Assembly (NCBI RefSeq): GCF_036321535.1
Contig: NC_087472.1
Span: forward strand, 101,806,001-101,870,000
DNA from: Camelus dromedarius
Taxonomy: Eukaryota
Direction of reading: 5' to 3'
DNA: 64,000 nucleotides
Shown: one piece after another, positions 49,390 through 62,670 of the stretch
How positions within the stretch are numbered: position 1 is the stretch's first letter
Layout of the letters: every line of letters begins with the position of its first letter
Made by a program: the position numbers and the translations under genes
Notes under the pieces: generated by a model
The model's database searches: none
Seen by the model: the letters and a program-made list of their open reading frames with translations, nothing else
What the model was told of the DNA's origin: nothing

Positions 49390-49810
49390 TGTGGGAGAGA
49401 TTGACTAGTTTTTCACCAAACCATCTGCCTTTCCTCGGGGCTCACTGCTAGACCACAGTTCCCAGCCTCCCCATGGTGAGGTATGGCCATGAACTGAGGT
49501 TGGCCGCGGGATGTGGCAGGAAGTGATTGAGACCATGTCCAGGCTGAGCTCATAAAAAGTGCCTTCACATTCCCCACATTTGCTCTCTCGTCCCTGGACT
49601 ACTGGCTGAATTGGGGGAATCCAGTGGAGGACTCTGAGGCCCTAAGGGAGCGTGGAGCCACAAGACAGAAGGAGCCTGGGTACTTGAATGACCATGAATA
49701 GCACAGCACCCTCCTCCACCCCTTGCCAACATGCACTGGACTGCAGCGTGAGTAAGAAACACTGACCGGGATAAGTCATTAGATTTCACGGTATTATAGC
49801 AGGAAGCTTC
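49390..49810 (+). mobile_element. MaLR (MLT1J-like) solo LTR
   Basis: gaccacagttcccagcctcccc...ggagccacaagacagaaggagcctgggtacttgaatgacc...gtgagtaagaaac. Confidence 0.75.
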
Positions 49811-49822
49811 CCATGGAAAGCA

Positions 49823-50045
49823 TATGGTTGACCCTTAAACAGCACCAGGGGTAGGGACACTGACCCTGCTCGTGATCAAAAATCCACATGTAACTTATAG
49901 TCGGTTCCTCTGTATCTGAGGTTCTGCATCTGTAGAGTCAACCAACCACAGATTGTGTAGTACTGTAGTATTTACTACTGGTAAAAAAAAAAAAAATCTG
50001 TGTATAAGTTCAGTTCAAACCCACGTTGTTCACAGGTCAACTATA
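49823..50045. mobile_element. MER8-like TcMar-Tigger MITE
   Basis: Inverted termini ggttgacccttaaacagc and gttgttcacaggtcaact, flanked by TA dinucleotides. Confidence 0.8.
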
Positions 50046-51299
50046 ATTTAAAAATTTCTTCACCAGTTTACTGAAACTTCAGGGTATATGTAATCCGTAA
50101 AGTCAAAGGTCAAAGTGAAGAACACTCTCCTTGACTCAATCCATGCTTCTGTTCTAATGTACAGGTTTCTTTCTGCAGGATATGTGGGATCCAGTTCAGT
50201 GTAAGTCACTTCTCTACTTCCCAGCTTGGCCACGTGTTACCTGACCCTAAATAAAATGGGTAAGTATCTTTAGGGACCAGTTGGCATCGACCTCCCTTTG
50301 ACTAATCACCTGTCCTCTGGGAATCCAGGAAGGGGCCCAGCCTGCATGCAGACCAACTCTGCTCTATTCTGAACCACGTCCTGCTCTCTCTAACCAGCCA
50401 TGCCTAAGCAGAGTCAGGTCTCGGCTCCCAACCAGACAACCACAACATCCCCTATCCCGCACCAAAGGAATACGGCAACAGTGATAGCTTCAAAATCCAG
50501 AACCCAATGCAAATAATTCATTATTTTTCAAACAGAACCAAAGGATTTTTATGTGTTTTTATTTTTTAATGTAATATTTGAAGGAGTTCAAAGCAGAATG
50601 AAACCTATATATTTTCTAAAATTGTTAAACTCTAATAAAACTTTAACATCAACTCATTCTTTGAACTGAACTCACATTTTTATTTATTACGAGTCTCTGA
50701 CTCCCACTGTCACCCACCTCTAACTCTTACCTTTATCACTTCCTTTAGCAAAAAATAAAGCAAGCCACATGCCACGAAATTGTTGGAGAGACACCCTCTC
50801 TGTATGCCTATGTTTCTGTGTTTGCATCCAGTAAAAAAAAAAAAAAACACCCAGCAATTTAATGGTTTAAAGCCATCGTTTCCAAAAGGGATTAATTATT
50901 TACCAAATATTTATTGCCTCCTAAGCAAGGCCTCACAGGAAATACCAAAACAATTGACCCAGACTCTATTCTCCAAGGGCTGACCATCTGGATAAGGGAC
51001 TTAAATTTTAAGCACAATTAACTCCAATAAAGGTTAAATGTGGAGAACTCCATAAAAGGAGGTAGAGACAAAAGTGCTAGCAAAGCCTGGATGAGCAGTG
51101 GATTGCGCCCAGATAGGAAACTGCATGCATTCACTCAGCCAACAAAAATTTACTGAGCATTTATTATATTCCAGGCACCACACTTGGTGCTGTGCACATG
51201 GCTGTGAGGAAGACAGACACATGTATGGGCGCAGCTTCAGAGAGAAGGTGGTGCCTGCGCTGGGCCAACAGCCACACAGGGACTGAGCACAGGAGAAGC

Positions 51300-51520
51300 A
51301 TAACAACAACGACAAGCACAGCTAAGCACTTACTAAGCACATTCCAAGTCTCTTACATCTGTCGACCTATTCAATCCACCCAACAACTGTATGAGGTAGG
51401 TATTTTTATTCCCATTTTACAGATGAGGAAATTGAGCTCCAAGAGGTTAAATTACTTGCTCAGGGTCACCCAGAGCCAGATGAGCCCCACCCCAGGCAGA
51501 CGACTCCGTGGCCTTTCTGC
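51300..51520 (-). mobile_element. MIR SINE
   Basis: tatgaggtaggtatttttattcccattttacagatgaggaaattgagctcc...acttgctcagggtcacccag. Confidence 0.9.
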
Positions 51521-52559
51521 TTATCCACCGCACCCTAAATCGTGAATGGTCTGGAACTCCAGGGCAAAGAATTTCAAGCCCAGTCTTTGCCACGATCTGA
51601 GCCAGCACTGCATGTGGGACAAAGACGCATAAAGGAAACTTGTGTGAACCTGCCAGTGGTGCAAGTCAAGAAGGCATGCTATCCCAAACTCAGGTCGGCT
51701 CAACCAAGCAGAAGAAAATCGTTCAGTGTGTCCCACAACATACATGATGAATGTCTCACTCGGCACAGCCAGTATCATGGAAATCCACGCTGGGGGGCCA
51801 TTTATCAGTGAAACTATATTACCAGATGCTTGTGTCACTTTAGTAATGAAAGCCTGTGGAAAGGGGGTCCTGTATGGAAAACAGAGGTGTTTCCAGCCTG
51901 AGCTGATTCTGTTTTAAAGGTGATTTCTCCTTGGTGTGCCATGCCCCTCTCCTCACCACCACCACATACACAAACACACACTCCCATTCTTCATGGAGTA
52001 GATGAATCACTGGATTCCATCAAACATCTTACTAAATTGTTCAGTTTAAGAAAGAGCATGGTCCTCCTGCCAAGGCCCGAACACCACGCAAATAACAGAC
52101 TATGAAACGAAGGACCCAATTAAAGCGAGCTGGCAACTGCAAGGCTATAACTTGGCCCGTTGTTTCAGGGGGGCGGGGAGAACCTATGAAAGGCAGTTCA
52201 AGACAAGACGGGAGCTAACGGAGCTGAACAGCTGGTTTGCGTTCCCCACAGACACGGGGCTGATGGTTTACCAACCTTCCAGGGGGTCGTGTTTCAAAGG
52301 TGTCACTCAAGAGGTTGAAAAGCCAAAATCCCTAGTTCTGGCCAGGTTCACAGACCCAGGAGGGTGGTTAGTCTCTGGAATACAAAATCATGAGAGGCTG
52401 AAGATGAACTGGTTGTGCCGATAAAAATGGCACAGCCAGGCTGAGCCCTGCTGAGACACCCCCAATGTCTACAACACCACAACTTACCCTCCCCTCTCCT
52501 GCCTTCAAGCCTCAATGGACAAAAACAGGTCAAAAATGCATAACGTGTTCCTCCAAAGG

Positions 52560-53110
52560 TCATGTGGTGTTACCATATGACCCAGCAAGTCCACTTGTAC
52601 CAAAAAGAAATGGAAGTATGTGCTCACACAAAACCTTGTACACAAATGGTTATAGCAGCATTCTTCATCATGGTCAAAGAGAGCAACCAACACAACAGAT
52701 GACTGGACCATCGAAACATGGTGGATCTAGACACTGGAATATTATTCAGCCATAAAAAGGAATGAAAAATGGACACAGGCTACAACATGGATGAACCTTG
52801 AAAACATCACGCTTAGTGAAAGAATACAGACATAGAAGGTCACATATTACACGATTCCATTTATGTGAAATGTCCAGAATAGGGAAATCTATAGAGACAG
52901 AGAGAGACTAGTGGTTGCCAGGGGTTGGGGGGAGGGGCAAATGAGGAGTGACTCTGAATGGGCACAAGTTTTCTTTTTGGGGTGATGAAAATTGTCTAAA
53001 ATAGATTACAGCGATGGCGGCATGGCCATAAATATACTAAAAGCCACTGAATTGTATGCATTCAATGAGTGAACTATATTTCAATAAAGCTGTTATTTTT
53101 TAAATGTTTT
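52560..53110 (+). mobile_element. L1MB-type 3' region
   Basis: ttaccatatgacccagcaagtccac...acaacatggatgaaccttgaaaacatcacgcttagtgaaagaa...ttttggggtgatgaaaattgtctaaaatagatt...tcaataaagctgtt. Confidence 0.9.
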
Positions 53111-53154
53111 TAAAAGTAAGTGCTTTACTCAAATGTTTAGCATCCAATAAAAAT

Positions 53155-53253
53155 GAAGGAAGGAAGGAAGGATGAAAGGGAGGAAGAGAGGGAAGAAGGA
53201 AGGAAGTTAGAAGGAAGGAAAGGAAAGGAAGAAACAGGAAGAGAAAAGAAAAG
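53155..53253 (+). repeat. (GGAA)n-like purine-rich simple repeat
   Basis: gaaggaaggaaggaagg...ggaaggaaaggaaaggaagaaac. Confidence 0.85.
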
Positions 53254-55410
53254 GTGTATAACCTGAATCTAATCATGTAAAAATATCAGGCAAATTCAAA
53301 ATCAGGAAAATTCTATAAAGTAACTAGCCTGAATTTTTCAAAAATGTCAAAGTTATAAAAAGCCAGGAAAGGGTTCTTTGTACTATTCTTGCAACTTTTC
53401 TGTTTGACATGATATAGACATGTTTCATTATCAAATTAAAGACAAACAAAAAGAGAGAGAGCAAGCCAGCAGGGACCGTTACTGATCTCTAGGGATTCAG
53501 CAGTGCCCAAACCTCCATCCCCTGACAGCCCAGAATCTCTTCCATGAGTGTCCCAGCCTTCGGCCAAGTTAACCAGAGGAGGCGTTGGGGGGGGGGGGGG
53601 CGGGCAACAAGTGCACAGGCCTCACTGCCGAGCAGGGAGGGGGGGACAGGGGACTGGGGCCAACGGGCGCCTAAACAGTAGTGACAAGAAGTTCTCTGTT
53701 GTTACTCAGAGAACGTTGTCCCCGCAAACACTCAAAATGAGCTCACCTCAGGTAGACAAATATAAAGGCCATTTTATAACTCTGAATGCTAACAGCAGCT
53801 CAGCACTACCCGGCCCCAGGACCAGCGTCAACAAGTTACTGTGGTCGCAGCTCAAGGATCCTGGGCCTGTCTGACCACCCCAGTGTGGGCACAGCCTCAG
53901 GGCCCTAAAGGTTCTGCTTTCTGCCCAGCGAAGCATCTGCTTATTTTTCTCATCTTAAATCTTGTGATTGCAGGACACATGCCTAACGGGTGATAAAAGA
54001 TTCTGTGCATGTTTGTCTCAGACAAAAAACAGAATGAAATTTTAAGACTGGTCTAAAAACCAATAAAGTTCCCCTTCTCCAATTTCTCTGAAGGTCTTAC
54101 TGGATTTTGATTCCCAGCAAGGGTCCTCAGATGCCTTGGAATTGCCTGCAGAAACACTTGATGTTACCGTGGACCAAATCAAAGGGAATTAAACATTAAA
54201 GCATTCAGATAACATTGCAGGTCTGCGATGGCTTGAGCTATAAGGCATGCATGCGTTCGCACACACACTTTCTCTAAGATACTTCACTATCCCTTCTTTA
54301 GGAACCACCCCCCATAAGGAGTTTGAGCTGCTGGGTTAACTATTGGGAGTTTTTTTGCAATCCCTTCTTTCAGAATCCTATGAAAATTTCCGTATGATTC
54401 CCACAAGTGCTTGTATACTGGTTACAAAATGGTGACTTCCCCAGTGTATACAATGGTCACCTCTACATCCCCAATGCCTGGTACAGTGCCTGATGCACAG
54501 AAGGTGTTAAATAAATATTTGATCAATTCAACTGAAGTTAGAATTCAAGAGTAGGTGAGAGAATAAGCAGACACTCTGGTTGTGGTGCACTGGGGCCAAA
54601 TTTCTTTTAACACACTTGTGCGTGTGTGCCTATGCATACACATGTGCGCGCGCACGTGCAGGCACACACACACGAATTCAAGGGTGGAGGGAGATTAAAA
54701 GGCTTGAATCCAGGAAGTTCCAACAGGGTATCAACCTTCTTCAACTCAACGTTCTTAAACTGAGGTTCACCTACCATTGAAGACCTCAAAGACTTTCTAG
54801 CAGTACACTGGGCACATGGATAGCTTTAAGAGATTCAATTTCCAGATCTTCAGCTTCTGTATGTTTGCCTCCCGAAAGCTGACCTGCCAGATCTGTGGTC
54901 TCCTGCTTCTCCTTACTCTCCCCCCATACTGAAGGCCGTACTGTCCACCTATCCTCAACCTTAATGGGTGCATTACCTCAGGGAGTAAAAACCTACTGGC
55001 ACTCAAACCAAGGGGTAATTTAAGACAGCATCAGTTGAGAGGGAGAAACCCAAGAGTAAAGCAAAGGAAGCTTCAATAAGAAATATCGAAGGCTACAGTG
55101 TCATCTTTTATTCAGGCAACAAATTCATAGCAGAGCTCTGTGCCTCATACATTTCTCTAGCCATAAGGCTAGCCATCCATCCTAGAATCAGAACTCAGAA
55201 GGGAGAAGATCAGCCAAGTACACATATTAACACATTCACTTGAATCAACCAAGAATGTCAATTCTTTTTACTGACGAAAGGCAAGTCTAGTCTGGCTGAC
55301 TGGTGTGACAGTAAGAAATGGCTTCTCCAATTAGGGCATATAATGGACCTTTTTTCATAAACTGAAAGGTTTTGATGAACATATACTTAAACCTTGTTAA
55401 GTGATATACA

Positions 55411-55570
55411 CCAGTGCTTCTTTAATGTGCACATAAATCACCTGGGAATCTTACTAAAAATGCTGATTCTGACTTAGTGGGACTAGGGAAGGTCTCAAGA
55501 TTCTGCATTTCTAACAAGTGCCCAGGGGATGCTAATGTTGCTGGTCCATGAATCACACTTTGAACAGTGA
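55411..55570. mobile_element. MER5A-like hAT MITE
   Basis: gtgcacataaatcacctgggaatcttactaaaaatgctgattctgacttagt...tgcatttctaacaagtgcccagg...cacactttgaacag. Confidence 0.8.
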
Positions 55571-56016
55571 GAATATACAATGTAGAATATACTTTTTTGC
55601 AATGAGTTAAACTTATTAAAAATTCAGATATCAAATATAAAATGTATAAAGGGATGCTTAATTTTTTTTAAATATATTTAGGAAATATTCCGGTAAGAAA
55701 AGTTTGAAGACCTCGGATTTAGGCCACCGTTGGCAGTCTGAAGATAAGAGGTTTGCATCCAGCCTTTGTAGACTGTGCAGAACAGAACTCTACTTTTCTT
55801 CTGAAGTTGAATCCCAGGGGAATTTACTGCTTTTTCTAGCCCTTCATGTAGCTTATGTTTTTGATGGCAGACTCAATGGCCCAAACCTTCAGATGTGGGA
55901 ATCATGGCTGCAGCCATTGAACGTAAACAGCCTAGCTGGGATGGCAGGGTGGGTAACCAACCCTGCAAACAGTCAGTAAAGTACTTATGAATCCTGATTC
56001 AAAAGTAAGTGGCCTC

Positions 56017-56656
56017 CTGGGCATATATCCAGAAAAGCTGAAAACTCTAATTTGAAAAGATATATGCATCCCAGAGTCCATAGTAGCACTATTTACAACT
56101 GCCAAGATGTGTAAGCAAACTAAATGTCCATTGACAGATGATTAGATAAAGAAGATGTGGTACGTGTGCATGTATGATACACACACACATACACACACAC
56201 ACACACACACAATGGAATATTACTCAGACATAAAAAAGAATGCCATCTGCAGCAACATGGATGGACCTAGACATTATCATACTAAGTAAGTCAGACAGAG
56301 AAAGACAAGCATTATCTGATATCACTTATATGTAGAATCTTTAAAAAATGATATAAATAAACTTACTTACAAAACAGAAAGACTCACAGACAGAAAGCAA
56401 ATTTATGGTTACCAAAGGGGGAGGAGAGAGAGATAAATTAGGAGTTTGGGATTAACAGATACACACTACTGTATAAAGTAAACAAGGACCTACTATATAT
56501 AGTTCCCTATACAGGGAACTATGCTCAATATCGTGCGATCACCTATAATGGAAAGAATCTGAAAAAGAATAGATACATCAATGAATCACTTTGCTGTACA
56601 CCTGAAACTAACACAACATTGTAAATCAACTATATTTCAATAAAAAAAATTTTTTA
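56017..56656 (+). mobile_element. 5'-truncated L1 3' region with TSD
   Basis: L1 ORF2 end and 3'UTR. 16-bp TSD aa(a/g)agtaagtg(g/a)cctc at 56001-56016 and 56657-56672. Confidence 0.9.
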
Positions 56657-57828
56657 AAGAGTAAGTGACCTCATAAACACAATCACAATAACAGCTGGTG
56701 AGTTGGCACCTGTCACTGCACATTTGGGCAAAGAAGGCTCATCCCAAAGACATGTATTTCTACAGGTGCTGAAATATGAGCCTACATGTCTTGAGAAGAT
56801 TCTACACAAAATCATAAAGTTGCCTGAGTCTGTGGTCAGTCTCAACTCCCTGTCAATAACCCTTCTCCTTCTAGACACCCACCCCATAGAGGTGGATTTG
56901 ATCCCTTCCATATTCCATTATGTCTACTCTCAATCCCCAATACAAACCCACACCACTCTTTTTTAAAAAAATTTGAAGAGAAAGCTTTATTTAAACATCT
57001 ATTCCAAAATCTTCTGGACCCGCAAAAACCTATTCCACTATATTTCCACTTCAGAGAGATAAAAAATACATAGAGCTCTGTCGGCAAGTCAGCCAGGACC
57101 ATAATCTGGGGTTATGTACAGCAGATTAATCTCAAAACTGGAGCTTCTTTAAGACCAGGAAGTAGCCTGTTTTCTGATCAAGAGAAGATAAGTCAGTAAT
57201 TCCAGACCCTCAGTTCATCACCATGATGGACCCCCTGTAAGACAGGCACACTTGTGCAGCCTTCTTTGCAGAGGGCTGCTGTCTTGAAAGTCACCTCCAG
57301 ATAAAAGAAACTCATTAACGATGTTCTCACCTAGAGGGGCCTCATTCATTCATGGGGAAGTAGAAGCCTAGAGAGAAGTGAAATTACTGGGGGCTCAAGA
57401 TCCAGAGAGAAAAATGAGAGAGCTTTGGAAAGCCCCAAGTCTTTAAAAAACATGCCATTTCCCAGCAGCTAAGCATTCATTGAATCACAGAATGTCAGGG
57501 CTAAAAGGAAACTGAGCAATCATCTAATGATTCAAATTATTTCTATTAAAGTGAAGACAAAGCTGAGGTCTAGAGAGGTATAGGAACCTGTCTGTCAAAT
57601 AGCTCATCAGTGAAAGGAGCAGAATCATCGCCCTGGTGATCTTCTGCCACACAGCCCCAGCCTCCAATGCTCTCCCTCAGGCTGAGCATTGTAGATGAGA
57701 GAACAAGGCACAGGCTGCCTGCTCACAACAGTACATGCAGTGAAACCACAGCAAAGGGAATCGCTTCCCTTTGAGCTCAACAGTTCCATAAGTGGGGCCG
57801 AGGGGATGCCAGGAGTAAGGATAACTTC

Positions 57829-58030
57829 CTGTGTGTGCTGGTAGACATTTCACAGCCAGCTTAGCTGGTGGGGAGCCCTGATTTGCAGCATATGTTGATT
57901 TCGGTGGTATAAATACTCCCACCACGGCAGATTTCAAGCTACCAATGTGATGTCATAGAATACAAGCTGGGGAGAGAGGTCTGCAATCAGCTCTCGAGGG
58001 CTGGCACGAGCTGGCTCCAGCATACCACTG
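57829..58030. mobile_element. MER63-like hAT DNA transposon
   Basis: Homologous to 5914-6127 (aaatactcccacc...caagctaccaa...ctggctccagcataccactg). Confidence 0.75.
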
Positions 58031-60224
58031 GAATTTCCGAGAAGTCCAAATCACTCGGGCTGGAGGATGGAATGACCTTTAGCCTCACAAGGTTTCAGCC
58101 TCACAACAACATCCAGGTTTTTAAGAAAAATTCTAGAAGCATACGCCCTCACTCACTGAACCCTAACGTCTCCAGTTCCAATGTCCATGGGACCCAGAGA
58201 GAATCAAAGTTTTGTAAAGCCACTTGGTTCATCCTGCCTGTACCTCTGATAACTCCAGGCAGGAGCGCTGAGAGGTGGAATCAGCATTACCTATCTTAAT
58301 GCTCTGGGCAACCAAGCATTCCTTTCCCAGCAGCCATGGGATCCAGTTTCTAAGGTGATGCATAAGCTCAGATCTCCATCTTTGCAAACGTCAATGGAGG
58401 TGCTTGGATTCAGCTTCAGGCAGTCCTCCACAGGTCTCATAAGTGGGGGGTGGGAATGTGAAAAACCAAATTCCTTCTCAATTTCTTTTCTCTGAGAAGA
58501 GTACCAAGGCTAGGGGCAGCAACTCTTCAGGGAAAGTTCTTAGCCTGTGCTTTCTCTTTGCCAAACACTGATTGGTTAATGGGGAAAAAAAAACGGTGTA
58601 TAAACAAAGGTGGCTGATGACATCCGAGGGTCTGGAGCAATGCCTCTACATTGTTCTGACAGCTAACAAATGGAAATAGCTCTTAGGGAGCGTGTTTAAG
58701 GAACAGCTGGAATATGTAACGGACATTTTTCTGCGAGTTTGACAGGTTGAGCTCCATCACGGTTGAGCTACACTCACTGGACACCGATCAGAATGAACTC
58801 TGACATTCCTTGGAAGGATGCCAAGAGGCCTTTGAAGAGACGGGAATCCGGGGCCTCGGTTTCAGAAACGGAGGAGAATACATACCAGACAGATCATAAG
58901 CAAACTTGATTTAAAGAGAAAGACCTATAAATTCCAGGCTCTCAGCTTTCTCCCCAGTTTCTTGACCCCATGATCCACCCCACCAAAATGACATACGTGC
59001 AGCCCTTTTCAGAGGGTCACATGGGGGGAGATCCTATCATACGTTGCCTTTTGGTCTTTAGTCTCATCCCCTTGATAACATCAACAGAGATATAATTTCC
59101 TGAAAGATACAGAACAAACAAGATACTCTGCCTTATACCAGGATTCCCTCTAAGCATTTTAATAACAAAATGCCGTGGGCTCTGAAGATAACCTGATTAA
59201 CCAAAATCTGGTTTGCTGTCAGTGTTTCAGGAGCATACTCATTCTCTAAAGCAAGGTTGTTTTCAAAATTAAAGACCAGAGAAATTTCTCCAAAAAATTA
59301 GAATTTTTTAAGATTACAAGATTCAAATCAACAAAGGATGGAGTACTACCGGTACTATTATTTTTCTTCTTTCAGGCTCAAGGGAGTTATCACAAATAAT
59401 ATGTCTAGAAGATATCTTGAGAAGGCTGCAAGATCTGAAGAAGCTACCAGCACAAGAGAAGGAGACATGCTTCTCAACAGAGGCTGGCATCCAGCCCCAT
59501 CACTGTGAGCTCCATCCGGATACACAAACCTTAGGGCAGCGAAGGATGAAGTGATTAGTTGCAGTGGGCATGCTCAGTCAATCCATCCTCACATATGGGG
59601 CCCCACAGGGAATCCCTCTTCTAAGTCTGGGCTGGAGAAATTCACCTCTTGGAAGATACAATCGGAAGGCAGGGCAGCCTTGAGGAGCAAAGTGCTAGGG
59701 CAGCGGAAGTTCCGCTGCTGTTTGTAAAAGTGAGGAGGAGAACACAAAGCATTTTCCTCTCAGCTTCTCTCTCCCTGACAGTCTTATCACCTTTCCTAAC
59801 TTCAAAAATGACCTCCATTTTGAGAAATCCTTCCGACTCAAGGCCATCTGACTTGACCTCTTCTAAATCCACTTCCTTCCTCCACCCCAAAGGAGATTAA
59901 ACTCACCTTGGAGAACCACCAGAACTTGATGATTAAAACATTCTGAGCTTAAGATCGTCAGAAGTCATGCCAACTGATAAGTCAAATGAGTGCCAAGGCA
60001 CAAAGAGAGCAGCACTGTGTTCTCTATGGATCAGCACATCGCCCTGCCCACCGCACAGCACTTTGCTCCATGCAACACACTTAAAGGTGGAGAGAGACCC
60101 AACTGCTGAGAAGAGAATGAGGAAAGTAAAGGCACTGGCACTTCCAACAGGCACTCTCTGCCTTTCCTTAAGACTACTTAGCACTTCCACAAGCCTTTTC
60201 ATCTTCAGAGCACTTGAGGAACAT

Positions 60225-60310
60225 TAGCTAATTAATCCTCCCAACAGCCCTGCAAGGTGAGGAAGGATTATCTCCATTTCACAGATGGAGAAATGGAATA
60301 CTTTGAACAC
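60225..60310 (-). mobile_element. MIR SINE fragment
   Basis: ttaatcctcccaacagccctgcaaggtgagg...ctccatttcacagatggagaaatgg. Confidence 0.75.
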
Positions 60311-61225
60311 AGGCATAAAACTTGGTGACAGACAAAACTGCCAGAAACTGGGCTGGGCTCCTTCCCAGTGTCTTTGATGCCCACCCAGGCCTGCCAAGGG
60401 ATTGCATCCCCAACCTGAGTGCTGCCAATGTCTCCTAACCAGGAGGGAGCTGAGCAGACAGAGAGCCAGAGGCAAGATAGACAAGGCTCTCATGCTAACT
60501 CTTCCAAGTCTATAATTAATTCATGATATCACTGGACTGTCTGGTTAGGGGAGGTCCTTTTTGAAGGTTAGATGGAGGAGGAGGGGGAGGAGGAAATGCC
60601 TGCTCAAGTCATCTCCTGAGCAATGATTCTGATGTTCCCATCTCTGTATCTCCACTCTGACTGATATTTTAAACCAATGCCAAAGACATGCAATGATGGA
60701 CAGCCACCTTAAACCCTTCCTGGATCCAAGGCAGGTTCCTAACAAATAAATGAAAAGCCATCAGCATGGTGCTTTTATTATCCAAGTTTTCTCACATTTT
60801 AGGACAAGGCTTTCTCAGACCAAACCCCAACTGCAAAAGCCAGCTGGAAGCCTGGTCAAACCCTCATAATTAAATGCAGTATAGGAACTTTATGTCTACC
60901 CCAGGCCTATTGCTCAAGGCACAATTCCAAACTGTGGTGGTCTTAGAAGTTCTTGAATTTTCAAAAGCTCTAAAAATCACTCAGAGACTCAGACTACCAG
61001 CTCATTCTTCAGAATTGCCTCTTTGAACTTTGACCATTTGCCCTACCAATAGATACCATCCAAGCTTACCAATTCCTGCCTTGGTGCTTTCTTTCATACT
61101 ACTCTCCACCCGACCAGTGAACTCTGCTTCACACAGCCAGGCACACAACAGATGGGGAACCTGAAGACCCCTCCCCCATTCCTCCAAACTATCTCGTAGG
61201 TACTTCCTATTAGAAGCGCAAACCA

Positions 61226-61374
61226 AGGGGAGGGATAAATTAGGAGTTTGGGATCAACAGATACACACTACTATATATAAAACAGATAAATAACAAGGAC
61301 CTACTGTATAGCACAGGGAATTATATTCAATATCTTATAATAATGGAAGAGAGACTGACAAAAAATTTATATAC

Positions 61375-61407
<33 letters not shown>

Positions 61408-61490
61408 ACCGAAACTTTGCTATATACCTGACACTAACACGACACTGTAAATCAACTATACTTCAACTAAAAAAAAAATTTTTTTAAAGA
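61226..61490 (+). mobile_element. L1 3' end
   Basis: gggagggataaattaggagtttgggatcaacagatacacactac...aaggacctactgtatagcacaggg...atcaactatacttcaac plus an A tail. Confidence 0.9.
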
Positions 61491-61557
61491 ATGGCGTAGT
61501 AAGTATCCAAAAAGTATATGAATTAAAATGTAGGAAGCAGCAGCAGTATCTTGAGGT

Positions 61558-61785
61558 CAGGGGTTTTCAACTGAGGGTGACTATGCCCCCCAGGGGTCAT
61601 CTGGCAAGGTCTGGAGACATCTTTGGTTGTCATGGTGGACGTGGGAGGGTGGGATGGATGCAACTGGCACCTAGCAGGTAGAGGTAAGGGATGCTACTCA
61701 TCAGCCTACAGTACAGAGGACAGCCCCCAACACAAAGAATTACCCAGCCCCCACTGCCAATAGTGCTGAGGGGGAGAAACGGGAT
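61558..61785. mobile_element. MER20-like hAT MITE
   Basis: caggggttttcaactgagggtgactatgccccccagggg...tctggagacatctttggttgtca...aatagtgctgagg. Confidence 0.85.
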
Positions 61786-62284
61786 TAGAGGCGAACCATC
61801 TAGGTGAAGCACATGCTGAGCACATAGTAAGTGGGCTTTCAATAAAAACTGACAGGTTGATGGACTGAATCAGTTGCTTCCTCTATCACTGGGACCAACC
61901 CCTGTTGCCAAAACAAAATAAAAAAATCAGATAAACCCAACTAAGAGCAACTGAGGCAGCAATTCTACTTTCTTAGAACCTAGGCAGAAACCTTAATCAT
62001 TTTGTCTGGGAATACAAGCATAAAGTTTACCTACTTTAAATAAATTATGAGATATTGGATGGCAGGGATCACGTCTTATACTTCTTCCATTCCCAGTGAT
62101 ACTGGATACATAGTAGGTATAAAGAAAACGTGTTAAATCATCGATGATTGTGGACCTCAATTACATCATAAGGGAGGGGGCAAACAACCAAATAAAATGA
62201 AAAATAAACAGAACATTTTAGCTCAATCTTATCATGGTTTTAAGATAACACACCCAGGAAAATGGTAAAAAACAGTCGTTATAT

Positions 62285-62670
62285 AAAAATACAATACAGC
62301 AATCCAAAAATAAAAAGAATAGCTCTTCAATATATAACAACAGCATAGATGAATTTCATAGGCATGATATTGATCAAAAGAAGCCCTGACACAAAACATA
62401 CATAGTGTACGATTCCATTTGTATGAAGTTCAAAAATAAGCAAAATGAATCTACGTTAGAGGCCAGAATAGTAGCCATTATTGCAGGAGGTGGGTTACGA
62501 CTAGTGACTGAAAGGGGTGCGAGGGAACTTTCTGGAACACTGGAAATGTTCTATATACGGATCTGGTTGATGATGAGATGTGTGTGAACACACACAAAAA
62601 TTTAACAAGCTGTACACCTAAGATTTGTTCGTATTACTGCATGTCAGTTTTACCTCATTTTTAGAAAGGA
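62285..62670 (+). mobile_element. Old L1M 3' fragment
   Basis: catagatgaatttcataggcatgatattgatcaaaagaagcc...gattccatttgtatgaagttcaaaaataagcaaaatgaatcta...aagctgtacacctaagatttg. Confidence 0.85.

Noticed and set aside
54607..55006. Minus-strand ORFs with somewhat protein-like composition
   Set aside because: No convincing flanking splice sites, no recognisable homology, and one runs into a TG repeat.
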